Below are positions 21,472 through 30,512 of a stretch of DNA of 64,000 bases, piece by piece. The stretch is from Vulcanimicrobiota bacterium. GTDB lineage: Bacteria > Vulcanimicrobiota > Vulcanimicrobiia > Vulcanimicrobiales > Vulcanimicrobiaceae. Under the pieces are notes generated by a model, which was given only the letters and a program-made list of their open reading frames with translations, ran no database searches and had not been told where the DNA came from. Positions within the stretch are counted from its first letter, which is position 1. Each line of letters begins with the position of its first letter. The translations under genes and the position numbers were made by a program. Location: contig CAWGBN010000008.1 in the NCBI GenBank assembly GCA_963820825.1, positions 384,001 through 448,000 on the forward strand, read 5' to 3'.

Positions 21472-21562
21472 CGCCGGGGCAACCCTTAGCACGACGAGGT
21501 TTTCGTAAGCGTTCATCGCGTATATTCGTGGTCAAGAGCCATTCGATCTGAGAAAAGAGACC

Positions 21563-23929
21563 ATGACAAACAAGTCAGAGGCGCAAAACGGCGGAACGAC
21601 CTCCGTGGATCGCACCGTGCTGCCGATCCCACCACCTCAGTATCCGCCGATCACCGAGCTTGATGCGCACAACGCAAAAGCCCCACCGCGGTTCGAGGTG
21701 AAAGCGCCGAAAGGTGCGCCCAACGTGGTCGTCATCCTTCTCGACAACATGGGCTTCGGCGACATATCGACCTTCGGAGGACCGATCCAGATGCCGACGC
21801 TGGACCGTCTGGCCAAGACCGGGTTGCGCTACAACAATCTCAAAGTTCCCCCGTTATGTTCGCCCGCCCGCGTGGCGCTGCTTACTGGCCGCAATAGTCA
21901 TAGCGCAAACTTCGGCGTGATCTCGGAGATTGCCACCGGTTTCCCGGGGTACACCGCAGTGCGCCCCAGCAGCGTCACGAATCTGCCAGAGATCTTGCGG
22001 CTCAACGGCTATAGCACCGGTATGTTCGGCAAGTGTCACGAGCTGCCACCGTGGGAAGGCAGCGATGTGGGACCATTCGACCGCTGGCCGGTGCATAGCG
22101 GCTTTGAGCGGTTCTACGGCTTCATGTCCGGCGAAGCCGACCTCTTCCATCCGGTCATGTACGACAACATGACCAGGGTGGATATGCACCCCGATGCCGA
22201 TTATTACGCGAGTACCGACATCACCGACAAGGCCATCCTCTGGTTGCGTTCGCAGCGTTCACTGGCCCCCGACAAGCCATTTTTCGTGTACTATGCGGCG
22301 ATTGGTACTCACGGCCCATTCCACGTGCCAGAGACGTGGCGCGACCGCTACAAGGGTAAGTTCGATCAGGGCTGGGACCAGGTCCGCAAAGAAACGTTGG
22401 TTAGGCAGATCGAGCTGGGCGTCGTGCCGCCGGGGACCGATGCAGCGCCCAAGCCGCCAGGAATCCAGGAATGGGACGACTTGACGGCCGACGAGAAAAA
22501 AGTCTTTGCGCGGTATATGGAGATCTACGCGGCTTTTGCCGAGGTGACCGATTACGAAATCGGGCGATTCCTGGACGAGATCGAGGCCCTCGGCGAATTG
22601 GACAACACGCTGATCTTCTACATCACCGGCGACAACGGTTCGGTTTTCCAAGGCGGCCTCAACGGCGCTTTCAATGAGTTGTCCGTGTTTAACGGGCTGC
22701 CAGAGCCGCTCGACGTTGCGCTGCAGAATTTCGACGAGATCGGCGGCCCCAAATCTCACCCTTTGTATAACAATGGCTGGGCGTTCGCCGGCGCGACGCC
22801 CTTTGGGTGGGGCCACCAGGTGGCGTCGTACGGCGGCGTCTGCCAATCCATGGTGGTCCACTGGCCGAAGGGCATCGAAGAGAAGGGCGGCCTGCGTACG
22901 CAGTGGATGCACATGATCGACATTGCCCCGACGGTTTTGGAGGCAGTTGGTGTGCCCGAGCCCGCGGTCGTTTCTGGCGTCCAGCAGAAACCGCTCGAAG
23001 GCGTGAGCGTACTAGACACCTTGAACAACGCCGAGGCGAAGTCACGCCACACCTTGCAATACTTCGAGATGGCAGGTAACCGCGGCATCTACCAGGATGG
23101 CTGGTTCGCCACCACCGTGCACCGCCCGCCGTGGGAGCCCAAGCCGCGGGCTACGTTTGAAAACGACAAGTGGGAACTTTACAACGTCGAGGAAGATTTC
23201 AGTTGCGCGCACGACCTTGCCGCGAAGTATCCCGACAAACTTGAGAAGCTAAAGGGAGTCTTCCTGGAAGAGGCCGCCAAGTACCACGTGCTTCCGCTTG
23301 ATGACCGCGCGTGGGAACGCTTCAACGCCGCGCTGGCGGGCCGTCCGGATCTGATGGAAGGTCGCACCGAGATCACGGTCTATGAGGGAATGAAGGGCAT
23401 TCCCGAAAATGCCTTCATCAACATCAAGAACCGCTCTTTCGTAGTTACGGCCGATATCGACGTCCCGCAGTTCGGGGCAGAAGGGGTGGTCATCGCCCAA
23501 GGTGGAGAGATGGGCGGCTGGGCGCTCTACGTCACAGACGGCGCACCCCGGTTTGCCTGGAACTATCTCGGCCGCGAGATTTACAAGATCGCCGGTCCCG
23601 ATCGTTTGCCGGCGGGGCGAGTTTCACTGCGCTTCGAGTTCGCTTTCGACGGCGGTTTGGGCGCGGGTGGTAACGGTATGATCTTCGTCAACGATGAAGA
23701 AGTCGCCGCAGGGCGCGTCGAGCACACGCAGCCGTTCGCATTTGGTGCCGAAACAACGGACGTAGGTGAGAACCTCTATACGTGTGTCAGCGACGACTAC
23801 AAAGCGGACGATAACAAGTTCACCGGCAAGATTCACAAGGTGACGGTCGCGGTCGGAAAGTCCAACCTCAGCGAGGAGGCCCAGAAGGCTCTCGCAGAGT
23901 TGCGTATGCAGAAAGCGCTGTTCGTCTAA
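21563..23929 (+). CDS. Arylsulfatase (FGly-dependent) with C-terminal lectin-like domain
   Basis: PNVVVILLDNMG; CSPARVALLTGR (CxPxR); GYSTGMFGKCH; GDNG. Confidence 0.95.
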   Translation: MTNKSEAQNGGTTSVDRTVLPIPPPQYPPITELDAHNAKAPPRFEVKAPKGAPNVVVILLDNMGFGDISTFGGPIQMPTLDRLAKTGLRYNNLKVPPLCSPARVALLTGRNSHSANFGVISEIATGFPGYTAVRPSSVTNLPEILRLNGYSTGMFGKCHELPPWEGSDVGPFDRWPVHSGFERFYGFMSGEADLFHPVMYDNMTRVDMHPDADYYASTDITDKAILWLRSQRSLAPDKPFFVYYAAIGTHGPFHVPETWRDRYKGKFDQGWDQVRKETLVRQIELGVVPPGTDAAPKPPGIQEWDDLTADEKKVFARYMEIYAAFAEVTDYEIGRFLDEIEALGELDNTLIFYITGDNGSVFQGGLNGAFNELSVFNGLPEPLDVALQNFDEIGGPKSHPLYNNGWAFAGATPFGWGHQVASYGGVCQSMVVHWPKGIEEKGGLRTQWMHMIDIAPTVLEAVGVPEPAVVSGVQQKPLEGVSVLDTLNNAEAKSRHTLQYFEMAGNRGIYQDGWFATTVHRPPWEPKPRATFENDKWELYNVEEDFSCAHDLAAKYPDKLEKLKGVFLEEAAKYHVLPLDDRAWERFNAALAGRPDLMEGRTEITVYEGMKGIPENAFINIKNRSFVVTADIDVPQFGAEGVVIAQGGEMGGWALYVTDGAPRFAWNYLGREIYKIAGPDRLPAGRVSLRFEFAFDGGLGAGGNGMIFVNDEEVAAGRVEHTQPFAFGAETTDVGENLYTCVSDDYKADDNKFTGKIHKVTVAVGKSNLSEEAQKALAELRMQKALFV

Positions 23930-24029
23930 TCGCGCAGTCGAGGAATAATTCAATGGTGAGCGTTGGATCGATGCAGCCAGTTAAGCTATCCCCTGCGCCC
24001 GCGAGGCCGCATCGCGCTAGGCGCTTAGC

Positions 24030-24130
24030 GTAGCCTCGCAGCTACGCAGCCCGGCGCGGATCGCGTAGCGCTTAAACGCCTCGCATCACAGATGCTTAGC
24101 CTCGCAGCTACCTCGCAGTCTCGCAGCGTA
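24030..24130. repeat. Cluster of short CTCGCA(G) direct repeats
   Basis: AGCCTCGCAGCTAC at about 24032 and 24098, further CTCGCA copies at about 24080, 24112 and 24120; inverted copy CTGCGAGGCT at 25481-25490. Confidence 0.5.
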
Positions 24131-24279
24131 GATATCAGCAGCGATGTGGCTCAGCGCCGGGGGAGGGGCGCACAATTTTGAGGCCCTGACTCTTATCCCG
24201 TGCCGCAGCTTTGTGGGCATAGGGGAACGACCCAAAAACCAGGCCCCCTCTCCACGATCGCTTGGACCCTGGCTCGCAT

Positions 24280-25134
24280 CTAACAACGCAGTCGATCGGC
24301 AAAGCGGCGAAGCAGTGGATTGTACCGCATCGCTGAGATCGCTGGAAAATAGAGCGCGGTCCGTAGGCTGGCATTGCCGGTCTTGGCGATGCGGCTCGGC
24401 CAGCGAATCGACCAGGACTCGTGATGGCGGGGAGAAAGACCGGCATACGCGGCGACGGCCTTGACGTTGCGAAACTCTGCAATGTTGGGCATCTCACCCA
24501 AGATACGAGCTGCGGTCGTCTCGCCGATTCCCGGAATCGACGTCAGCAGCTCGCGCTGTCGGCGCAGTGGCGGATAGCGGTCGAAGAGTTGTTGGATTTC
24601 ATGCTCAACCCGGTCGATTTCACGATCCAGATGAGCTAGCGTCGCTTCAATCGACGCCTGAACGACCGAGGCGATCATGGGCGCTTGGAGCCGATTCTGC
24701 TCCTCCGTCCGCATCTGGACCAGGCTCTGATACCGACGAACTAAGCCTTGTAGGGCACGGATTTCCGGCGCGGGCGGCGTCCACGGGTCTGGCGCGTGCG
24801 TGCGACAAAACCGCGCAATGAGTGCTGCGTCGATGCGGTCAGTTTTTGTCCGCAGCATCTCGCTCTTAGCAAATGCTTTGATGCGCATAGGATTAACCAG
24901 GCTGACGACATGGCCAATCTCGTGTAGTGCGAGCGCCAGATCCTCGCTCCACCCGCCAGTGGCCTCAAGACACGCGTGCACCCTGTCAACTTTGCGATTG
25001 CACAACCAGGTCTGCAACTGCTTGAAACCGACTGCCGAATTGGCGACGCTCTTGGATGTTGAGCGATCATCCTGCAGCAAAACCGCGTGCATCTCGTGCT
25101 TTCCGACGTCGATGCCTAAGATCTCCACGCTCAC
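24280..25134 (-). pseudogene. IS110 transposase/recombinase, C-terminally truncated
   Basis: LGIDVGK, LEATG, KTDRIDA, SIPGIG, YAGLSP..ES; ends at FADRLRC* before the usual GK...RKL tail. Confidence 0.9.
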
Positions 25135-25144
25135 CTCACTCGCC

Positions 25145-25335
25145 GGCAGGCTACCCTACGCGATCACCCTGATGCATAAAGGCTTCGCGACGTACGCGGC
25201 CTAAGATACGCTCCGATCTCTTAGGATAGCAGTCATCGGGTCGGCCATCGATCTTATTTCCGGGCTCGAAGCCCAAGGCATTTCAGGATGTGCCGACCCG
25301 CCCTTTCGGGTTTAAGGGACCGTTCAACGTGGCCC
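25145..25335 (-). ncRNA. Predicted IS110 bridge RNA (target-binding and donor-binding loops)
   Basis: Stem GGGTCGGC/GCCGACCC encloses guides GAAATGCCT and TAAG around the GGCT-TCG-AGCC hairpin; second loop has AGCGTATCT and ATCAG; IS621-like layout; ends approximate. Confidence 0.75.
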
Positions 25336-25993
25336 GCTAAAGAACATATCAGGCTTTTTCTCGAATCCGCCGATCGCCGGTCCTAACGCGGCGCCTCGTG
25401 CAAACTTTGCACCACCGTTTGCAAATCGCGCGGCCGTCGAAAACGCCTTATGGGATAAGGTTTTTTAGCCTATGCTGCGACTGCGAGGCTCATCATGATT
25501 CATCTGATCATAAACCCTAGGGAATATGATGCGCACTAGGCTGCCAGTTTCACGGTACGTAAATTTCATAGTAGCTAAAATCTGGACGTATTCGGTAGCG
25601 CCCCTTGGCAAGAATGACAGGGTAATCGGTGTCGTCGATATCTAGAGAGAGGCTATTTAACTTCGACTTGCGCAAAAAGGTGGTGTCGCGATATCGATAA
25701 AGGGATAGTCCGGCGCTACATGTATCAAAGTAAACTGCCGGCGAGGTCCGCTAACGAATCTAAACGGCCGCTTCGTCCGCTGCGCGCCAATGGAATCAAG
25801 AACGCCGCCGTAGCCCGCAAGCATCGCAGCGGCAGCGGGGTTGAGCACATCGTCACCACCAACGACTGTGGCAGCAATGCCGCTTATAGCCGCGGCGACA
25901 GCCGCAAGCGTTTTCAGTAGCGTTGAATTATCCAACGGCCACTATTTCGAAGTGACCTCCACTAAAGCCCGCACAGACTGCGGTTTCGGGGCC

Positions 25994-27028
25994 TTACTCG
26001 ACGGCGACCGCGTTGGCCCACCCCTTCAATGTAGTCGCCGAACCTTTGATACGCTGTGAGGGCCGCACGTTTCCGTTGGAGCCCGCCGCATAGACCGTGA
26101 TCGAGGCCGCAGCCCTGTTGGCGACGTAGATTTTGCCGGCGGCATCGACGGCGATTCCTGTCGCATCGTCGAGCTTCGTCCTCGCTCCCTGGATGGTACG
26201 AATCGGCGCAACGTTGCCGCTCGCGCCGGCGGTGTAAACGGTTACGCTGCCGGAATTGGCGACGTAGATATTGCCGGCGCTGTCGAGCGCGACGTCCTGC
26301 GGGCAGGCCAGGAACGTCTGCGAGCCTGAAATGCTTGCGATCGGAGCGACGTTGCCGTTTGCGCCCGCTGCATAGACCGTAATGCTGCCTTCGTCCTCGT
26401 ACGGGCTGCTGCCGCAGTTCGCGACGTACACGTTTTCTGACGAGTCGAGCGCGACGCCGTAGGGTGAGGACAGTCCGGTATTCGAGCCGCCAATCGTTTG
26501 CATCGGCGTCGCGTTGCCGCTGGCTCCTGCAGCATAGACCGTAATGCTGGGCGAAGAGCCGCCGTTGTCGGAGTTTGCGACGAAGACCTTTCCACTCTGG
26601 TCGACCGTCAAGTTCGCTGGCCAATCCAATCCGGTCGATGATCCGCTGATCGTCCTCGCCGGTTTTACCTTGCCGTAGGTGCCGGCGGCCCAGACCAGAA
26701 CCATGCCCGGACTGGAGGCATTGTTTTGGCCGTCGTCGCCATAGACTTCGTGATCGCTGCCGACGGCGATGCCCCCAGCGGCCGGAATCTTGTGGCCGCC
26801 GATGTTTTCAAGGGGCGCCACGTTCCCCGTAGCGTCTTGCGCAAAAATGGCGATCGTGCCCTTGCCATAATTAAGGTCGGTCGCGTAGATGCACGTCGCC
26901 GTCAGGCACGACGACGTAAGATGCGTGACCGCATTATGCGATGCTGCGGCGTTCATTCCAATTCCTGAAGCGCTTCCGCCGCAAGCGGACAGGAGAAACG
27001 CTCCGACGATGTAGCCCAACGGTTTCAT
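25994..27028 (-). CDS. NHL-repeat beta-propeller lipoprotein
   Basis: Lipobox LLSAC; repeats VALDSxGNxYVAN...SITVYAAGAxGNVAP...IxGSxTxL. Confidence 0.88.
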   Translation of the reverse strand: MKPLGYIVGAFLLSACGGSASGIGMNAAASHNAVTHLTSSCLTATCIYATDLNYGKGTIAIFAQDATGNVAPLENIGGHKIPAAGGIAVGSDHEVYGDDGQNNASSPGMVLVWAAGTYGKVKPARTISGSSTGLDWPANLTVDQSGKVFVANSDNGGSSPSITVYAAGASGNATPMQTIGGSNTGLSSPYGVALDSSENVYVANCGSSPYEDEGSITVYAAGANGNVAPIASISGSQTFLACPQDVALDSAGNIYVANSGSVTVYTAGASGNVAPIRTIQGARTKLDDATGIAVDAAGKIYVANRAAASITVYAAGSNGNVRPSQRIKGSATTLKGWANAVAVE

Positions 27029-27103
27029 GAAGCTTCCTTCCGAGCGAGGTGCCGAGCTTTGGAGTGAACTCCGACTTCTCTCAATGCGCAAGTTCTTGAC
27101 TCT

Positions 27104-27169
27104 ATGATGGCGCCGCGGCGCGATCAACGGAACGGACAACTGGACAACCGACTTGGACAAGTGGAAGCC
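27104..27169 (-). promoter_or_regulatory. Conserved 65-bp promoter/operator, copy 1
   Basis: Plus-strand CGGAACGGACAACTGGACAACCGACTTGGACAAGTGGAAGC with a -10-like CATCAT on the minus strand; copies at 28988 and 30198. Confidence 0.75.
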
Positions 27170-27429
27170 GTGCCGACAAGGAAAGCGCCGAGACGCGGAG
27201 TCTCGGACTTAGGCTTAGAGCGGTCGGATCCCGGCAAGCCTTTCAGACCAGCATCGCCTGAAAGGAAGCCCGAGCCTCGGCCCACGGCTCCGCGACTCAC
27301 CGCGCCGCTCGGCGGACCCCGTGCCCCTTGCCGCAACCGCTATGAATCCATGCTACTAAAAACTACTTCTACCCGTGATCGCGAAGCTGTGGGCGTCGCG
27401 GCGGGAGCGGAAGGATGCGGAACTCACGC

Positions 27430-27462
27430 AAAAAAGAGCCGCCCGAGATTCGCGAGCGGCTC
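27430..27462 (-). terminator. Rho-independent terminator
   Basis: GAGCCGC...GCGGCTC hairpin followed by U6 on the minus strand, downstream of the 27541 stop. Confidence 0.7.
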
Positions 27463-27540
27463 GACGCTCTGCAAAGTGTAAAAGAAGAGACTTTTCGCCT
27501 GCCCGTGCGATGCGTTAGCGAGGCGCGAAGTTTAACTAGA

Positions 27541-28815
27541 TCACGGCGTTAACGAGAAGACGGTCCCGCCATTGTAGGCGCCGCCGTATCGCGTCGTGCC
27601 GTACAGGGTGCCATTGCGGTTGAGGAGGACTGCATCGGGCTGAGCGCCGTCCCCCGGTGCCCCGCCGAAGCTACGGAGCACGGTTTCAGCGCCGGATGTC
27701 GAGATCGAGAAGATTGTTCCGTCATTGTTCGCGCCACCATTGTAGGTCGTACCGTAGAGCGTGCCGTTTACGTTGATAAGGCTCGCCCGTGGTGTAGCAC
27801 CGTCCCCCGAGCCGCCGAAGCTGTGGAGCACGCTTTCTGTCCCAGACGGCGAGACCACGAAGACTGTTCCGCCGCCGTATGCGCCTGCGCCAGTGGTCGT
27901 GCCGTAGAGCGCGCCGTTGACGTTCACGAGGCCGGCCCATGGGTTTTTACCGTCATAGCCGCCGGCGAAGCTGTAGAGCACGGTTTCTGCGCCGGACGGC
28001 GAGATCACGAATACCGTTCCCCTCTGGTTCGCACCACCCAGCTCGGTCGTGCCGTACAGCTTCTCCATAGGGTGTCCTTGCAGTCGGACTTTGATCAGGC
28101 CGTCATTCGGCGTTGCGCCGTCCCCCGCGCCGCCGAAGCTGTGGAGCACGGTTTCCGCACCGGCCGCCGAAATCGAGAAGACCGTACCGCCGCCGCCCTG
28201 ACTACCATAACTGTAGCCGCCTCCCCCATCAGTGGTGCCGTAGAACGTTCCCTTGAGGCGTGCCAGGTGCCCCTCAGGCGCTGCGCCGTCTCCCGCGCCG
28301 CCGAAGGCGTGGAGCACTGTCTCTGCGCCGGCCGGCGAAATCGAGAAGAACGTGCCGCCCCCGCCGTAGCTCCCATACCCAACGCCGCCGCCTGAAGCAG
28401 TGGTGCCGTAGAGCGTGCCGTTGACGTTGATCAGGTCGCCCGCAGGGTTAATGCCGTCCGCGCCGCCGAAGCTGTGGAGCACGGTCTCTGCGCCGAACCG
28501 CCCGATTGTGAAGACCGTCCCGCAGTTGCACGAGTAATTGGCGCCGCCATATAAAGTCGTGCCGTAGAGTGTGCCGCGTACGTCGATCAGGCCGCTCGCG
28601 AACGGCTCGGAGCCGTCTACCGAGCCGCCGCCGAAGCTGTGGATCACGCTGTATGTGACATTCGGGTGCCTTCGTTCGCCCATCAGCCCGGCAGGTGCGC
28701 GCGAACCGGGTGTTATGCCAGAAGACGAGCCGATTAATGATGATCCGCCACCGCAGGCAGCAAGAAACGCTGAGGCAGCTGTCAATGCGCAGATAGCTAA
28801 AGTTGAAGTTCGCAT
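27541..28815 (-). CDS. GloVer-type tandem-repeat (choice-of-anchor) beta-propeller lipoprotein
   Basis: Lipobox FLAAC; seven repeats LYGTT..GG....GTVF.I...G.ETVLHSFGG..DG..P. Confidence 0.88.
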   Translation of the reverse strand: MRTSTLAICALTAASAFLAACGGGSSLIGSSSGITPGSRAPAGLMGERRHPNVTYSVIHSFGGGSVDGSEPFASGLIDVRGTLYGTTLYGGANYSCNCGTVFTIGRFGAETVLHSFGGADGINPAGDLINVNGTLYGTTASGGGVGYGSYGGGGTFFSISPAGAETVLHAFGGAGDGAAPEGHLARLKGTFYGTTDGGGGYSYGSQGGGGTVFSISAAGAETVLHSFGGAGDGATPNDGLIKVRLQGHPMEKLYGTTELGGANQRGTVFVISPSGAETVLYSFAGGYDGKNPWAGLVNVNGALYGTTTGAGAYGGGTVFVVSPSGTESVLHSFGGSGDGATPRASLINVNGTLYGTTYNGGANNDGTIFSISTSGAETVLRSFGGAPGDGAQPDAVLLNRNGTLYGTTRYGGAYNGGTVFSLTP

Positions 28816-28987
28816 TGGGTTCAAACTACTTTCTCCGAAGTGGCCCTGCCGCTCAGGGACGGATCTGCGCCTGCGCCGCATAATCCGAAGTAAACAGTCG
28901 CCGCCCGAAGCATAAAGCTTCGCAGGACGGGCGCGAAGGGCTGGGGCTACCCCAACGCAACACCACCCCAAGTGGGAACATGCATCC

Positions 28988-29052
28988 ATGGTGGCGCTCC
29001 GGCGCGGCCAGCGGAACGGACACTTGGACAACCGATTTGGACAAGTGGAAGC
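28988..29052 (-). promoter_or_regulatory. Conserved 65-bp promoter/operator, copy 2
   Basis: CGGAACGGACACTTGGACAACCGATTTGGACAAGTGGAAGC; -10-like CACCAT on the minus strand. Confidence 0.75.
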
Positions 29053-29169
29053 AGAGCCATCGTATTCCCGGGACTTTCCCTTGGCGTGCACCCTACCCTC
29101 AACACGCGCGCGGTGCGCGAGCAGTGCGCCACCCCTCACGCCACATCGGTCCCTCGCGCGAGCTCCTTG

Positions 29170-30156
29170 CTATGGCCCCACGGCGAGGCCAAGCGGTTGT
29201 GAGAATCCTCCACCGATCGCTACCATGCACGACGACGACCGACAGCCCTTGGGAATCTCTCTTACCGAGCTATTGCCGCTGTCCGAGACGTAAACGTTAT
29301 CTCGAGCATCTACTTTTGCTGCGAGCGGGTCGGTGAATCCACCCATTATTACGCTTACGCACGACGCCGACTGGCAATTTGGCGGCATTTTCTTGACTTC
29401 CTTAGCTCCGCGATCGTCAACGTAGATGTTACCGTGGCGGTCCAGGGAAACGCTCGATGGAACGCCCCACCCGCCGCCTAGTCGGGCCACACATGACGCC
29501 GACTTGCAATTTCGCGGCATCTCTGAAACGTAATAGTAGGATGCAACGTACACGTTTCCATCCTTGCCAAGCGCAATGTCGCTCGGGCCGTAATCCCACG
29601 GATAGTATCCCGGACCGACGAAAGCGTCACCGCCCAACGTCACGACGCACGAATTGCGTTGACAGCCGGCGGGGACTTCTTTGACGTATCCGTGGCTATA
29701 GTCGGGGACGTAGAGGTCGCCGCGCTTATCGGAGACCGTCTGGAATGGATTGAGGTAATCGCCAGGCACGGTTGAAGCACAGCTTTTGCTGCTACATCCG
29801 GGTGCCATCCTATAGACCGCCGTATGGTAGTCGCAGGTGTTGCTCACATATACGTCGAGTGATGAGTCGGTGCTCACGAATGTCGGGCACGAGAATCCCT
29901 TGCCGACCGTCAGAACGCAACTTGCGTAGCGGCACGCTTTCGGAATTTCCTTTACGACCTTGCTGGTGTAATCAGCAATGTAAATATCGTGCAGCGGAGC
30001 CCACTTCGTGAAAGGCGCCGCGTTGGCCGACGTGATGTCTGATGGAACGGCGACGATCGGGGTAGACACATTCCCCCCGCCGCAGGCCGTCAGGAATACC
30101 GCCGCTGAGCACGCTGCGGCGATACAGCTCAACTGTTTAAAGTGCGAAAGTCGCAT
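29170..30156 (-). CDS. Cysteine-rich NHL-like repeat lipoprotein
   Basis: Lipobox FLTAC; six repeats (E/K/R)(I/M/V)xxxCxxxxC(V/A/M)...GGGF..P with YVxD strands. Confidence 0.85.
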   Translation of the reverse strand: MRLSHFKQLSCIAAACSAAVFLTACGGGNVSTPIVAVPSDITSANAAPFTKWAPLHDIYIADYTSKVVKEIPKACRYASCVLTVGKGFSCPTFVSTDSSLDVYVSNTCDYHTAVYRMAPGCSSKSCASTVPGDYLNPFQTVSDKRGDLYVPDYSHGYVKEVPAGCQRNSCVVTLGGDAFVGPGYYPWDYGPSDIALGKDGNVYVASYYYVSEMPRNCKSASCVARLGGGWGVPSSVSLDRHGNIYVDDRGAKEVKKMPPNCQSASCVSVIMGGFTDPLAAKVDARDNVYVSDSGNSSVREIPKGCRSSSCMVAIGGGFSQPLGLAVGP

Positions 30157-30197
30157 TGGTTCCAACCTACTCTCTTCCGGGGTGCTTTCATGTATCC

Positions 30198-30263
30198 ATG
30201 ATGGGGCAGCGGCGTGATCAGCGGAACGGACACTTGGACAACCGACTTGGACAAGTGGAAGCC
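30198..30263 (-). promoter_or_regulatory. Conserved 65-bp promoter/operator, copy 3
   Basis: CGGAACGGACACTTGGACAACCGACTTGGACAAGTGGAAGC; -10-like CATCAT on the minus strand. Confidence 0.75.
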
Positions 30264-30406
30264 TAGCGACGAGGAGAGCGCGGAGGCGCGGAGTCTCGGG
30301 CTAGACTTCAGCAGAAGCCTGAGCGTCGGCCCTCGGCTCCGCGGGCACCCCGCCGACGGGGAGGCCCCGTCGCTGGTAAAGCTGGCGTGCAGAATCACAC
30401 AGAGAA

Positions 30407-30433
30407 GAGCCGCCCGCAGTCCGCGGACGGCTC
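30407..30433 (-). terminator. Terminator-like hairpin homologous to 27430-27462
   Basis: GAGCCGCCCGC...GCGGACGGCTC followed by a pyrimidine tract on the minus strand. Confidence 0.5.
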
Positions 30434-30512
30434 GACGTTCTGTCTATGCTCCGCTCAGATAGGACACTAGCATTCGCTGTGCTCGCGCTCAGGGTGACGA
30501 GGAAGTGATCGA

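Larger units (their letters stand above)
24280..25352 (-). mobile_element. IS110-family element: left end, bridge-RNA region and truncated recombinase; right end missing
   Basis: About 220 bp structured non-coding left end upstream of a DEDD recombinase; CT core at 25351-25352. Confidence 0.88.

Noticed and set aside
21500..21530. Regulon box upstream of the arylsulfatase
   Set aside because: Half-sites are 10 bp apart and only 4 nt from the -10, which does not fit the 11/10 geometry
1877..21560. Terminal inverted repeats delimiting one intact casposon
   Set aside because: No TIR pair or target duplication found by eye; the left end is outside the window, so no element boundaries are called
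25657..25935. 92-aa ORF as a gene
   Set aside because: TTG start, no motif and a non-protein-like C-terminus; at most a remnant
27104..30263. 65-bp repeats as a CRISPR array or integron attC sites
   Set aside because: Spacing is 1.2-1.9 kb and filled by whole genes; the repeats are direct rather than palindromic; no cas operon or integrase; fixed position upstream of genes fits a promoter
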